A stretch of 64,000 bases of DNA from Paludibacteraceae bacterium (GTDB taxonomy: Bacteria > Bacteroidota > Bacteroidia > Bacteroidales > Paludibacteraceae). The DNA lies in assembly GCA_017547145.1 (NCBI GenBank), contig JAFYQJ010000017.1, forward strand, positions 57,936 through 121,935. The letters are read 5' to 3'. The position numbers and the translations under genes were made by a program. Of this stretch, positions 27,974 through 37,668 are shown in pieces. The notes beneath the pieces are model-generated. The model was not told the origin of the DNA. It did not search any database and worked only from the letters and a program-made list of their open reading frames with translations. Within the stretch, counting starts at the first letter, position 1. Every line of letters starts with the position of its first letter.

Positions 27974-28891
27974 TTGTTGGATCCTATACGTTTAAAAATA
28001 TTAGGTTCGGGATCGGCTCTCCCTAATAAAAATCGATTTCATTCTTCCCAATTATTAGAAGTTGCAGGAAGGCAATATTTAATAGATTGTGGCGAGGGTA
28101 CACAGATTCGTTTGTGGCAATGTGTTGGGAGAACTTCACGTTTACATCAAGTTTTTATTTCTCATTTACATGGAGATCATTGTTTAGGCTTGCTAGGTTT
28201 GATTTCCTCGTTTGCAATGCTCGGAAGGAGTAATAATCTTGAGATATATTCGCCTCCAGGGTTGGAGGAATTACTTCGCCCACAAATAGATTTTTTCTGT
28301 AAAGATCGAAATTTTGAAGTCGTTTTTTATCCGTTTTCTCCGTATCGTCCTGAAGTAATTTATGAAGATAAAACTTTGACAGTATCCACTTTGCCATTGA
28401 AACATAGAGTGCCAACATGTGGCTTTATTTTTAAGGAAAAAGAGAAGGAGTTACATCTGAATAGAGCAATGTTAGATGCTTTCTCTGTTCCAATTTCTGC
28501 GATGAAATCGATTAAGTTAGGAGCTGATTTTGTAGATGAGCGTGGTGTGGTTGTCCCAAATGCAAAGTTGACATTGCCCGCAGATAAATCTCGAATGTAT
28601 GTTTATTGTTCGGATACTATTTATTCGGAAAAGATAATTCCTTTGATAGAAAATGCTGATTGTTTGTATCATGAGGCGACATTTATGGATAAGGATGCTC
28701 AGCGAGCAAAAGATACGTTTCATACGACCGCATCACAAGCTGCAACTATTGCTTTAAAGGCTAATGTTGGGAAGTTGATATTAGGTCATTTCTCAAGCCG
28801 CTATAAGACAATTGACGGACTTCTAGATGAGGCTAAAACTATTTTTGAAAATACGTCTCTTGCAACGGATGGCGGAGAATTTACTTTCTAG
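27974..28891 (+). CDS. rnz: ribonuclease Z (metallo-beta-lactamase fold)
   Basis: HLHGDH motif and a C-terminal GHFSSRY. TTG start. Confidence 0.85.
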   Translation: MLDPIRLKILGSGSALPNKNRFHSSQLLEVAGRQYLIDCGEGTQIRLWQCVGRTSRLHQVFISHLHGDHCLGLLGLISSFAMLGRSNNLEIYSPPGLEELLRPQIDFFCKDRNFEVVFYPFSPYRPEVIYEDKTLTVSTLPLKHRVPTCGFIFKEKEKELHLNRAMLDAFSVPISAMKSIKLGADFVDERGVVVPNAKLTLPADKSRMYVYCSDTIYSEKIIPLIENADCLYHEATFMDKDAQRAKDTFHTTASQAATIALKANVGKLILGHFSSRYKTIDGLLDEAKTIFENTSLATDGGEFTF

Positions 28892-30149
28892 AGTTGTCAT
28901 TCCATAAAAAATCTAGCCAATCACTCAATTTTTTTTCTTGAGGGTTACCTTGTGGGCACCAAATAGTTTTATCCTTTATCTGTTCGGGTAGAAAATCTTG
29001 CTTTACAAAATGATTCTTGTAATTGTGAGCGTATTTATAATTTTTTCCATAACCTAGCTCTTGCATTAATTTTGTAGGAGCGTTTCGTAAATGTAATGGT
29101 ACAGAAAGATCTCCTGTTTCTTTTACAATATCTATGGCATTGTTGATGGCTAAATATGCAGAGTTGCTTTTTTGTGATGCAGCTAAATAGATGGTTGCTT
29201 CTGCAAGAATTATTCGCCCTTCGGGCCATCCAATTTTTTGTAAAGCGTCGAAGCATGCATTAGCAATTAATAGGGCATTGGGGTTGGCTAGTCCAATGTC
29301 TTCAGAAGCTGAAATAACTAGACGTCGAGCAATAAATTTGGGGTCTTCTCCCCCTTCTATCATTCTAGCAAGCCAGTAAATTGCGGCATTAGGGTCGCTT
29401 CCTCGTATCGATTTTATGAAAGCTGATACTATATCATAATGTTTCTCTCCATTTTTGTCGTATTCAGAGATGTTTTGTTGTAAACGTTTTGTTACTAGAT
29501 CGTTTGTTATTTTTATATCATTGCTAGACTCTGAACATATAATTTCTAATATGTTGAGAAGTTTTCTCGCATCTCCTCCTGAATATCGTAATAATGCTTC
29601 GTTTTCTTCTATGGAGATATTTCTCTTTTTTAGTTCAGAATCTGTAGAAATTGCTTTTGTTGCTAGTTTTAATAAATCATCTTTATCAAGAGGCTTTAAA
29701 ACGTATATTTGACATCTTGATAATAGGGGTGTTATTATTTCGAAAGACGGGTTTTCTGTTGTTGCTCCTATTAAAATAAAAGTTCCGTTTTCGATAGCAT
29801 TTAAAAGAGAATCTTGCTGTGATTTGTTAAATCGATGAATTTCGTCAATAAAAAGAATTGGAGCTAAGGAGTTGAAAAATTGTGTTTTTTTTGCCTTTTC
29901 GATTATCTCACGAACGTCTTTCACTCCAGCAGTTACAGCATTTAATGTAAAAAAAGGTCGTTCTTGCCCATTTGCTATTATTTTTGCTAAAGTAGTTTTT
30001 CCAACACCTGGAGGTCCCCAAAGTATAAAAGAGTGAAGGTTGTTGCTCTCTATCACTTTTCGAAGAATGGCGTTTTCTCCTACAAGGTGTTCTTGTCCAA
30101 CGTATTCATTGATATTTTTAGGACGTAATCGTTCTGCTAAAGGTTGCAT
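28881..30149 (-). CDS. rarA: replication-associated recombination protein A (AAA+ ATPase)
   Basis: Walker A GPPGVGKTT, Walker B LFIDEIHRFNKSQQD, MgsA C-terminal domain. Confidence 0.92.
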   Translation of the reverse strand: MQPLAERLRPKNINEYVGQEHLVGENAILRKVIESNNLHSFILWGPPGVGKTTLAKIIANGQERPFFTLNAVTAGVKDVREIIEKAKKTQFFNSLAPILFIDEIHRFNKSQQDSLLNAIENGTFILIGATTENPSFEIITPLLSRCQIYVLKPLDKDDLLKLATKAISTDSELKKRNISIEENEALLRYSGGDARKLLNILEIICSESSNDIKITNDLVTKRLQQNISEYDKNGEKHYDIVSAFIKSIRGSDPNAAIYWLARMIEGGEDPKFIARRLVISASEDIGLANPNALLIANACFDALQKIGWPEGRIILAEATIYLAASQKSNSAYLAINNAIDIVKETGDLSVPLHLRNAPTKLMQELGYGKNYKYAHNYKNHFVKQDFLPEQIKDKTIWCPQGNPQEKKLSDWLDFLWNDNSRK

Positions 30150-30280
30150 ATCTCTTTTTTCTTACAAAAGTAGTTATTTAGCCTTTCTTGCCAAAAAAAT
30201 GTAAATATTGATAAAGAAAATTGTGTTGTTTTAAAATATATTTTTTACTTTTGCTACGTTTTATAAATAAAATTTAGAAA

Positions 30281-31306
30281 ATGAAAAAGGTATATTTAAT
30301 TTCTGTTGTAGTATTATCAGTGTTTGCATTTTTCTCTTGCAAAGAAAAAACAAATCTTCCTATCGAAGATATATATTTTGGTTGGGTGCCAGAAGAAGAA
30401 GCTATTCTTACAAAATATGGAATAGGAACTGATGGCGTTTTTGTCGGAGTAAATAATACAAAGGTAACATCAGTTATCCAAGAACCAGTATATGCAGAAT
30501 GGGTGTTTGTAAATTATTCTACAAGCGATTCTGCAGTTGTTACAGTTTCTGCTGATGGTGTGCTTACAGGTGTGGGTAAAGGTATTGCAGAGGTTTATGC
30601 TCAAATAGGTTCTGAAAAAGATGGTAATTTGAAAAAAGCATCGTTGAAAGTGTATGTAGATACAATACAAGTTACAAAAATTGCTATTGATATCGCTGCA
30701 AATTCATTCTCTGATTATAGCAAAATCGGTCCTTTGAAAGGTGCTGATGGGCAAGACTCTACAGTTACTGAAAATGGAGCTTTGAAGGTGGTAGAAGGAA
30801 GTATTGAAAATACAGATACTTTGTTTTTGAATGACCGTGCAGTGATGCAATCGACTATTGAACCTCTTGATGCATCATTTACAGAAATGATTTGGACAAC
30901 AGATCGTCCAGATGTATTTGATATTAAAGGTGATACTATAACTGCTATTGCTGAAGGTTCTGGTAAAATTTATGGACGTATGAAACAAAATCATCCAGAA
31001 GAACTTACAATTGAATATAATTGGAATGTTAAGACTGAACCATTGGAACGTGTGGTTTGGACAGCTGGTTCACATAAGATGTATGGAAATACAAGTGAAG
31101 ATGTTTATAAATTGATAGTTTATGTCCCTTCTTTTGCAAGTGATAAAAATGTAACATTCTCATCATCTAATCCTGAATTATTCGGTGTGGCGAATGGTAA
31201 AGTTTATTGCTATTCGAATAAATCTGGAGAGCAAGCTGTTCTTACAGTTTCAGCTCCTCAAGCTACCGAAGGTCAAGAGGATGTGTGTACCTTTAAAATA
31301 AAGTAA
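30281..31306 (+). CDS. lipoprotein with bacterial Ig-like (Big_2-type) repeats
   Basis: Lipobox FAFFSC and repeated V.V...G.L.G...G.A.V motifs. Confidence 0.5.
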   Translation: MKKVYLISVVVLSVFAFFSCKEKTNLPIEDIYFGWVPEEEAILTKYGIGTDGVFVGVNNTKVTSVIQEPVYAEWVFVNYSTSDSAVVTVSADGVLTGVGKGIAEVYAQIGSEKDGNLKKASLKVYVDTIQVTKIAIDIAANSFSDYSKIGPLKGADGQDSTVTENGALKVVEGSIENTDTLFLNDRAVMQSTIEPLDASFTEMIWTTDRPDVFDIKGDTITAIAEGSGKIYGRMKQNHPEELTIEYNWNVKTEPLERVVWTAGSHKMYGNTSEDVYKLIVYVPSFASDKNVTFSSSNPELFGVANGKVYCYSNKSGEQAVLTVSAPQATEGQEDVCTFKIK

Positions 31307-31330
31307 TAAAGACATAAATAAGAATAATAA

Positions 31331-31362
31331 AAAAATGCGATTTTTTTAAATCGCATTTTTTT
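31331..31362. terminator. bidirectional intrinsic terminator
   Basis: aaaaatgcgattt-tttt-aaatcgcattttt with an A-run and a T-run flanking. Confidence 0.6.
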
Positions 31363-31439
31363 ATGCTATAAATGTATGAGTACAAAAATAATTTTATAGT
31401 TTTACAAGGACTTTATTGTGTTAATTAAATAAAAGGTTT

Positions 31440-32306
31440 ATGAGAAGAATTTCTGAATCAGAACTGATAGTAAATAAGGATGGAAGTATTTTTCATTTAC
31501 ATTTAAAGCCAGAGCATTTGGCCGATAAGGTTGTGTTGGTTGGTGATCCGGACCGAGTTTTGTTAGTTGCTTCAAATTTTGATGCTATAGAGTATGAAAT
31601 ACAAAATAGAGAATTTCGTACTATAACAGGTATTTATAAGGGGAAACGAATAACTTGTATTTCTCATGGGATAGGTACAGATAATATTGATATTGTTGTT
31701 ACTGAATTAGATGCTTTGGTTAATGTTGATTTAGATAGTCGTACAGAAAAGAAAAATCTTAAATCTCTCGATTTGGTTCGGATAGGAACATCGGGTGGCT
31801 TACAAGAACATTGTCCGATAGGTAGTTATGTTGTGTCTAGTCGCTCTATAGGTTTTGATGGGTTGTTAAATTATTATTCTGTTCCAGAGGATTTGTTTGA
31901 TATAGAATTTGAGAATGCTTTTTGTGATTATACCCAATGGAATAAACGTTTGCCGGCTCCTTATGTGGTTGCAGCTAATGAAGAGTTGGTGCAACGTATA
32001 GGTTTTGACATGATTCAAGGTGTTACGATTTCGGCACCTGGTTTTTATGGTCCTCAGGGACGTTATGTGCGTTTGAAACCGAATGATAGTGATTTGAATG
32101 AGAAGATTCGTTCGTTTCGTTATGGCAATGAAATGATTACAAATTTTGAAATGGAAAGTTCAGCGTTGGCAGGTTTGGGTGCGGCTCTTGGGCATAGGGC
32201 AATGACGGTTTGCTCTATAATTGCAGGTCGTGTTCATAAAAATATGAATACGGAATATAAGGGCTCAATAGAGGGTTTGATAAAAATCGTTTTAGATAGA
32301 ATCTAA
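31440..32306 (+). CDS. nucleoside phosphorylase (PNP/UDP family, uridine-phosphorylase-like)
   Basis: [10 protein letters not shown]...ISHGIGTDN...RIGTSGG...EMES pattern of PNP_UDP_1 enzymes. Confidence 0.8.
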   Translation: MRRISESELIVNKDGSIFHLHLKPEHLADKVVLVGDPDRVLLVASNFDAIEYEIQNREFRTITGIYKGKRITCISHGIGTDNIDIVVTELDALVNVDLDSRTEKKNLKSLDLVRIGTSGGLQEHCPIGSYVVSSRSIGFDGLLNYYSVPEDLFDIEFENAFCDYTQWNKRLPAPYVVAANEELVQRIGFDMIQGVTISAPGFYGPQGRYVRLKPNDSDLNEKIRSFRYGNEMITNFEMESSALAGLGAALGHRAMTVCSIIAGRVHKNMNTEYKGSIEGLIKIVLDRI

Positions 32307-33058
32307 ATTCGAATAGAAATATTGCGTTGTTTTAGGAATTCTTTTAGTTGAGGGATTCCTATTTCTTTATAGTGGAAAATGCTTGCTGCTAAAGCGGCAT
32401 CAGCATTTCCGTCTGTAAAAACATCGTAAAAATGTTCCATAGTTCCAGCGCCTCCACTTGCTATTACGGGAACATTTACATTAGTTGATATTTTTTTTGT
32501 GATATCAATGGCAAAGCCTTGCTTGGTGCCATCGTGGTTCATTGATGTTAATAGAATTTCTCCTGCACCTTTTTCGGTAGCTTCTTTTGCCCAATCGTAT
32601 GCTTTTATATCTGTTTTTATTCGTCCGCCGTTAAGGTAAACATACCAATCGTTGTTATCAAATTTTGTATCAATAGCTAGAACAACACATTGAGAACCAA
32701 AACGATTTGCAAGGTTTGTAATTAGCTGTGGATTGCGTACAGCAGCCGAATTTATAGAAATTTTATCAGCTCCACTTTGAAGAAGTATGGATACGTCATC
32801 GATGGATGATATTCCTCCTCCAACAGTGAAAGGAATGTTGATGTTTTTTGCTATTCTTTCCACTAAGGTTGATAGTGTTTTCCGTTTTTCGTGTGTTGCG
32901 GTTATGTCAAGAAAAACAAGTTCGTCGGCGCCAAATTCTGCGTATAACTTACCTAATTCGACAGGGTCTCCTACATCTTTTATTTCTTTGAAATTGATGC
33001 CTTTTACAGTTTTGCCATCTTTTACATCTAAACAAGGAATGATTCGTTTGGTAAGCAT
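32303..33058 (-). CDS. hisF: imidazole glycerol phosphate synthase cyclase subunit
   Basis: [17 protein letters not shown]...[11 protein letters not shown]...GGGI...SGGAG signature. Confidence 0.93.
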   Translation of the reverse strand: MLTKRIIPCLDVKDGKTVKGINFKEIKDVGDPVELGKLYAEFGADELVFLDITATHEKRKTLSTLVERIAKNINIPFTVGGGISSIDDVSILLQSGADKISINSAAVRNPQLITNLANRFGSQCVVLAIDTKFDNNDWYVYLNGGRIKTDIKAYDWAKEATEKGAGEILLTSMNHDGTKQGFAIDITKKISTNVNVPVIASGGAGTMEHFYDVFTDGNADAALAASIFHYKEIGIPQLKEFLKQRNISIRI

Positions 33059-33059
33059 T

Positions 33060-33641
33060 TTATAGATTGATAAAATTTTCGATGATTTTTGACCCTATGA
33101 ATCCCGATTTTTCAGGATGAAACTGTGTTGCATAAAAATTCCCTTTTTGTAGTGCGGAGCTATACTTTATGCCATAATCGGTTGCGGCTATTGTGTTTTC
33201 TGAAATTTCTGCGTAATAACTATGTACAAAATATACGTATTCGTTGTTGTTTATACCTTTAAAAAGTTCGGAAGATAGGGTATCTATAGAGTTCCAACCT
33301 ATTTGTGGAATTTTGTTGCTCGATGTGAATTTTTTAATGTCTTGGTTGAAAATGCCTAAACAAGGAGTATTATTTTCTTCGGAAAATCGACATAAAAGTT
33401 GCATTCCTAGACAAATACCTAAAAGAGGTTGTTTGAGGTCTTTGATGACAGAGTCTAGATTATGTTGTTTGAGGTATTGCATAGCAGACGATGCTTCGCC
33501 AACACCTGGGAAAATGATTTTGTCAGCTGTAAGAATTTGCTCTGAATTGTCGGTTATAATTGGTTCAATGCCGAGTCTGTTTATCGCATTGTAGATGGAA
33601 CAAACATTACCTGCGTTGTATTTTATAATGGCAACTTTCAT
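33060..33641 (-). CDS. hisH: imidazole glycerol phosphate synthase glutaminase subunit
   Basis: Class-I amidotransferase with PGVG, the GICLGMQ nucleophile and FHPE. Confidence 0.93.
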   Translation of the reverse strand: MKVAIIKYNAGNVCSIYNAINRLGIEPIITDNSEQILTADKIIFPGVGEASSAMQYLKQHNLDSVIKDLKQPLLGICLGMQLLCRFSEENNTPCLGIFNQDIKKFTSSNKIPQIGWNSIDTLSSELFKGINNNEYVYFVHSYYAEISENTIAATDYGIKYSSALQKGNFYATQFHPEKSGFIGSKIIENFINL

Positions 33642-33780
33642 TTAACTATTGAAATATTTACAAAGGTAGTTATTTTGTTTAAGAATTGAATTCTTTCTCA
33701 ATGTGGATTATAAAGATAGTAAGGCGTTTTTGTCTAAATTTTACTATTTTTGCCATATATTAACGTATAAAGAAAAAAAT

Positions 33781-35238
33781 ATGAGTATCGAAACATTACA
33801 ACCCGCATCGTTGTGGAAGAATTTCTACAAATTAACACAGATTCCTCATCCATCTGGACACATGGCACAAATTTCCGATTTTTTGAAATCGTTTGCTAGT
33901 GAGCATCAACTTGAAATAAAAGTTGATAAAGTAGGGAATATTTTGATAAAGAAGCCCGCAGTTAAAGGTTTTGAAAATAGACAAACTATTGTTTTGCAAG
34001 CTCATATGGATATGGTGCCACAAAAAAATGGTGATGTAGAGCATGATTTTTTGAAAGATGCTTTGCAACTTGTAGTGGATGGTGATTGGGTGCGTGCTTC
34101 AGGAACTACTTTAGGGGCAGATAATGGAATTGGAGTAGCTGCAGCGTTGGCTATTTTGGAGTCGAAAGATTTACAACATGGCCCTATTGAGGCATTTTTT
34201 ACAGTAGATGAAGAAACTGGCATGGTTGGGGCTAATGGTCTTACTGATGACTTTTTGAGTGGAGATATTCTGTTAAATATGGATTCAGAAGATGAAGGTG
34301 AATTGTATGTAGGTTGTGCAGGAGGTGTAGATGCAAATGCTATATTTCGTTACAACGAAGTATCAGTTCCCGAGGGAGATGTTGCCGTAGAAGTTTCTTT
34401 GTCGGGATTGCGAGGAGGGCATTCGGGCTTGGAAATAAATGAAGGACGTGCCAATGCTAATAAATTAATGTTTAGATTTTTGAAAGAAGCTATAATGCAA
34501 TATGAGGCACGTTTGGCGAGTGTAGAAGGTGGAAATATGCGAAATGCGATACCACGAGAAGCTTGTGCAGTGTTGACAATCCCAGCTGATACATACGGCG
34601 ATTTAGAAATTTTGGTGCAAGAATACGAAGATTTATTCAATGAGGAGTACCGTGCAATTGAAAATGAAATCGTTTTCTCTATCCGTGAGGTTGATTTGCC
34701 ATCAGGTTTGATTCCTGAAGAAATTCAAGATGATTTGGTCAATGCGGTTACTGCTTGTCCAAACGGAGTATTTCGTTTTATTCCTGAAATACCTGATACG
34801 GTTGAAACTTCGAATAATCTTTCTATTGTAAAATCAACGGGTGATGCTATTGAGGTTGCTTGTTTGTTGCGTAGCTCTGTTGATAGCAAAAAAGATGAGT
34901 TGGCATCAATGATAGAGAGTGTATTTGCTTTGGCAGGAGCAAAAATCGAATTTACAGGAAGTTATTCGGGATGGAATCCTAACGTAAATTCACAGATTCT
35001 AAAAACAATGCAAGAAGTTTATCAAAAAGAATTTGGAAAGAATCCTGAAGTGAAAGTTGTTCATGCTGGTTTAGAGTGTGGTATTATTGGGCCAAAAGTG
35101 CCAGAAATGGATATGATTTCTTTTGGACCTACAATTCGTCATCCACACACACCTAACGAAAAAGTAAATATTGAAAGTGTAGAAAAATTTTGGAAATTTT
35201 TAGTGGCAACATTAGCTAATGTTCCTATAAAAAAATAG
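33781..35238 (+). CDS. pepD: aminoacyl-histidine dipeptidase (M20 family, PepD)
   Basis: LQAHMDMV, GADNGIGVA and TVDEETGM motifs. ATG 33781 (MSIETLQPASLWKNF) preferred over the upstream GTG start at 33703. Confidence 0.9.
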   Translation: MSIETLQPASLWKNFYKLTQIPHPSGHMAQISDFLKSFASEHQLEIKVDKVGNILIKKPAVKGFENRQTIVLQAHMDMVPQKNGDVEHDFLKDALQLVVDGDWVRASGTTLGADNGIGVAAALAILESKDLQHGPIEAFFTVDEETGMVGANGLTDDFLSGDILLNMDSEDEGELYVGCAGGVDANAIFRYNEVSVPEGDVAVEVSLSGLRGGHSGLEINEGRANANKLMFRFLKEAIMQYEARLASVEGGNMRNAIPREACAVLTIPADTYGDLEILVQEYEDLFNEEYRAIENEIVFSIREVDLPSGLIPEEIQDDLVNAVTACPNGVFRFIPEIPDTVETSNNLSIVKSTGDAIEVACLLRSSVDSKKDELASMIESVFALAGAKIEFTGSYSGWNPNVNSQILKTMQEVYQKEFGKNPEVKVVHAGLECGIIGPKVPEMDMISFGPTIRHPHTPNEKVNIESVEKFWKFLVATLANVPIKK

Positions 35239-35241
35239 TAT

Positions 35242-37203
35242 ATGGAAGATAATAAAAATAAGGTTGGGTTGCCAGAAAATGCGACTCGTGAGTTGAAAGA
35301 TGGCGAAAAGTATAATCCGATTTTGCCACCAAACAAATGTGTGCCTGAAATTAGTTTTTATTCGGTAGCATGTGGGATTGTAATGGCCGTTTTGTTTTCG
35401 GCTGCTGCTGCATATTTGGGGTTAAAGGTTGGTCAAGTGTTTGAAGCTGCTATTCCTATTGCGATTATTGCTGTTGGAATTTCGAGTGCGACGCGTAGAA
35501 AAAATGCTCTTGGCGAAAATGTTATTATTCAGTCGATAGGAGCAAGTTCCGGAGTTATTGTAGCAGGTGCTATTTTTACGTTACCAGCTCTTTATATTTT
35601 GCAAGCTAAATACCCAGAGATAACGGTTAGTTTTATGCAAGTATTTTTGAGTTCTTTGTTAGGTGGAATTTTGGGTATTTTGTTTTTAATTCCATTTCGT
35701 AAATACTTTGTGAGCGATATGCACGGAAAATATCCGTTTCCGGAAGCTACGGCCACAACGCAGGTGCTTGTCTCTGGCGAACAAGGTGGAAGTCAAGCGA
35801 AACCGCTTATTTGGGCTGCGGCCATTGGCGGTTTGTACGATTTTGTTGTGGCAACTTTTGGTGCATGGAGCGAAACACTTACCTCGCGTATAATTCCATG
35901 GGGTGAATCGATAGCTCAAAAAGCAAAATTGACTTTTTCTATTAATACGGGTGCGGCTGTTCTCGGTCTTGGCTATATAGTTGGGTTAAAGTATAGTTTA
36001 ATTATTTGTGCAGGTTCGTTGTTTGTATGGTGGTTTATAGTTCCTTTGCTTGGAATGACAACGCAAGACTCTGTAATGTTGAGTCAAATGGATCCTGATT
36101 GGATTTTTGCTAACTATGCACGCTATATTGGTATTGGGGCTATTGCTATGGCTGGTGTTATTGGAATTGTAAAATCGTGGGGTGTGATAAAAGGTGCTGT
36201 TGGTTTGGCGAGTAAGGAACTTGGAAGCAAAGGAAAGGCTGTGGCACAAGCACTTCCTCGCACAGAGCGTGATTTGTCGATGAAGTTTGTGGTGTTGTCA
36301 ATTGTTGCAGCTCTTATCATTACATTCTTGTTTTTCTATTTTGGGGTGATAAATAATTTGTTCCAATCGCTTATAGCATTTCTTGTGGTGGCTGTTATTG
36401 CCTTTTTGTTTACTACGGTTGCTGCAAATGCTATTGCTATAGTAGGCTCGAATCCTGTTTCGGGTATGACGCTAATGACGCTCATTATTGCTTCGGTAAT
36501 ATTGGTGGCTGTTGGTTTGAAGGGTACAAGCGGAATGGTGGCCGCTATGGTAATTGGTGGCGTTGTTTGTACGGCGTTGTCGATGGCAGGAGGTTTTGTT
36601 ACCGACCTAAAAATAGGTTATTGGATAGGGAATACACCTGCAAAACAAGAAACTTGGAAATTCCTTGGTACGTTAGTTTCGGCAGCTACTGTAGGCGGAG
36701 TTATTATTATTTTGAATAAAACGTATGGCTTTACGGGCGACAATGCACTTGTAGCTCCTCAAGCTAATGCTATGGCTGCTGTGATAGAGCCGCTCATGAT
36801 GGGCCAAGGTGCTCCTTGGTTGCTTTATGGCGTAGGTGCAGTGTTGGCGTTGTTGCTCAACTTGCTTGGCGTTCCGGTTTTGGCATTTGCTTTGGGTATG
36901 TTTATACCATTGTCGTTGAATACGCCGCTTGTGGTGGGTGGATTGATTAGCTGGTATGTATCGTCGCGAACAAAAGATGCAGAATTGAATAATGCTCGCC
37001 AAGAAAAAGGTACGCTCATAGCATCAGGTTTGATTGCCGGTGGAGCTTTGATGGGGGTGGTGAGTGCCGCACTTAAGTTTGCCGATGTAGACCTATATAT
37101 GCCACAGTGGGCGGAAAGCAGCAGTGCTGCTATTTGTGGTGTGGTAGCTTATTTGTTGTTGATTGCTTATTTTGTTTGTGCAAGTATGCGTACAAAGAAA
37201 TAA
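35242..37203 (+). CDS. OPT-family oligopeptide transporter
   Basis: 653 aa with many TM segments and OPT-like conserved blocks (PFPEATA, GLKYSL). Confidence 0.8.
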   Translation: MEDNKNKVGLPENATRELKDGEKYNPILPPNKCVPEISFYSVACGIVMAVLFSAAAAYLGLKVGQVFEAAIPIAIIAVGISSATRRKNALGENVIIQSIGASSGVIVAGAIFTLPALYILQAKYPEITVSFMQVFLSSLLGGILGILFLIPFRKYFVSDMHGKYPFPEATATTQVLVSGEQGGSQAKPLIWAAAIGGLYDFVVATFGAWSETLTSRIIPWGESIAQKAKLTFSINTGAAVLGLGYIVGLKYSLIICAGSLFVWWFIVPLLGMTTQDSVMLSQMDPDWIFANYARYIGIGAIAMAGVIGIVKSWGVIKGAVGLASKELGSKGKAVAQALPRTERDLSMKFVVLSIVAALIITFLFFYFGVINNLFQSLIAFLVVAVIAFLFTTVAANAIAIVGSNPVSGMTLMTLIIASVILVAVGLKGTSGMVAAMVIGGVVCTALSMAGGFVTDLKIGYWIGNTPAKQETWKFLGTLVSAATVGGVIIILNKTYGFTGDNALVAPQANAMAAVIEPLMMGQGAPWLLYGVGAVLALLLNLLGVPVLAFALGMFIPLSLNTPLVVGGLISWYVSSRTKDAELNNARQEKGTLIASGLIAGGALMGVVSAALKFADVDLYMPQWAESSSAAICGVVAYLLLIAYFVCASMRTKK

Positions 37204-37226
37204 CGCAATTTTACAAAAAAATAAAA

Positions 37227-37260
37227 AGGCATTTAGTCAATTCGATTAAATGCCTTTTTT
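37227..37260. terminator. bidirectional intrinsic terminator
   Basis: 9-bp stem aggcattta / taaatgcct with an 11-nt loop. There is an A-run upstream and a T-run downstream, so it can stop the OPT gene (+) and any leftward transcript through the mini-array. Confidence 0.65.
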
Positions 37261-37290
37261 ATATCAAATAATAGATATGAATTTTTTTTA

Positions 37291-37524
37291 TGATTAGCAT
37301 TATTTAAAAATAAATGCTTTTACAGCCGTAATCCTTTCGGAGACGTTGTAGGACAAGTTGGATATCCATTTAAAAATAAATGCTTTTACAGCTTGTCCGA
37401 ATTTAGGACCTTTTCAAGCATCGTTGGATATCCATTTAAAAATAAATGCTTTTACAGCATGTGTGGTATAAGTTGTTGAAATCCAACGATTATATAAAAA
37501 ATAAATGAATTTTTTGAGTGCTTG
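37291..37524. CRISPR. mini CRISPR array (type V-associated): 36-nt repeats x3 with a 66-nt period, two bona fide 30-nt spacers plus a trailing spacer-like segment and a repeat remnant
   Basis: GTTGGATATCCATTTAAAAATAAATGCTTTTACAGC at 37357-37392 and 37423-37458. The copy at 37291-37326 shares only the 3' 25 nt. Spacers are at 37327-37356 and 37393-37422. 37459-37524 carries a repeat-like core AAAAATAAATG that is out of register. Confidence 0.8.
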
Positions 37525-37668
37525 AATATTGTAGAAACCATTGTTGCTACATATTTTTTAAAATTCAAACCTCAAACTAAGGCGTTCCAACACGCCCTTC
37601 CCAAAAAGGGAATAAAAAAATCATATCTAAAATTTCAAAGATCTCTGTATGTATAGGGCAAAGATAGC
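37525..37668 (-). ncRNA. candidate tracrRNA / guide-scaffold region of the type V locus (strand and ends uncertain)
   Basis: -7 box TATCTTTG (37666->37659) lies 2 nt after the effector stop. Three hairpins follow: ttccc-aaaaa-gggaa (37598-37612), ggcgt-tccaac-acgcc (37581-37596) and tgtagaaac-catt-gttgctaca (37530-37551). No ORF. Confidence 0.3.

Noticed and set aside
31440-32306. The nucleoside phosphorylase as a defence-system effector (PNP-domain effectors exist in some anti-phage systems)
   Set aside because: It is a stand-alone gene with its own terminator and housekeeping neighbours, with no sensor or kinase partner. The sequence looks like the common Bacteroidetes uridine-phosphorylase-like enzyme.
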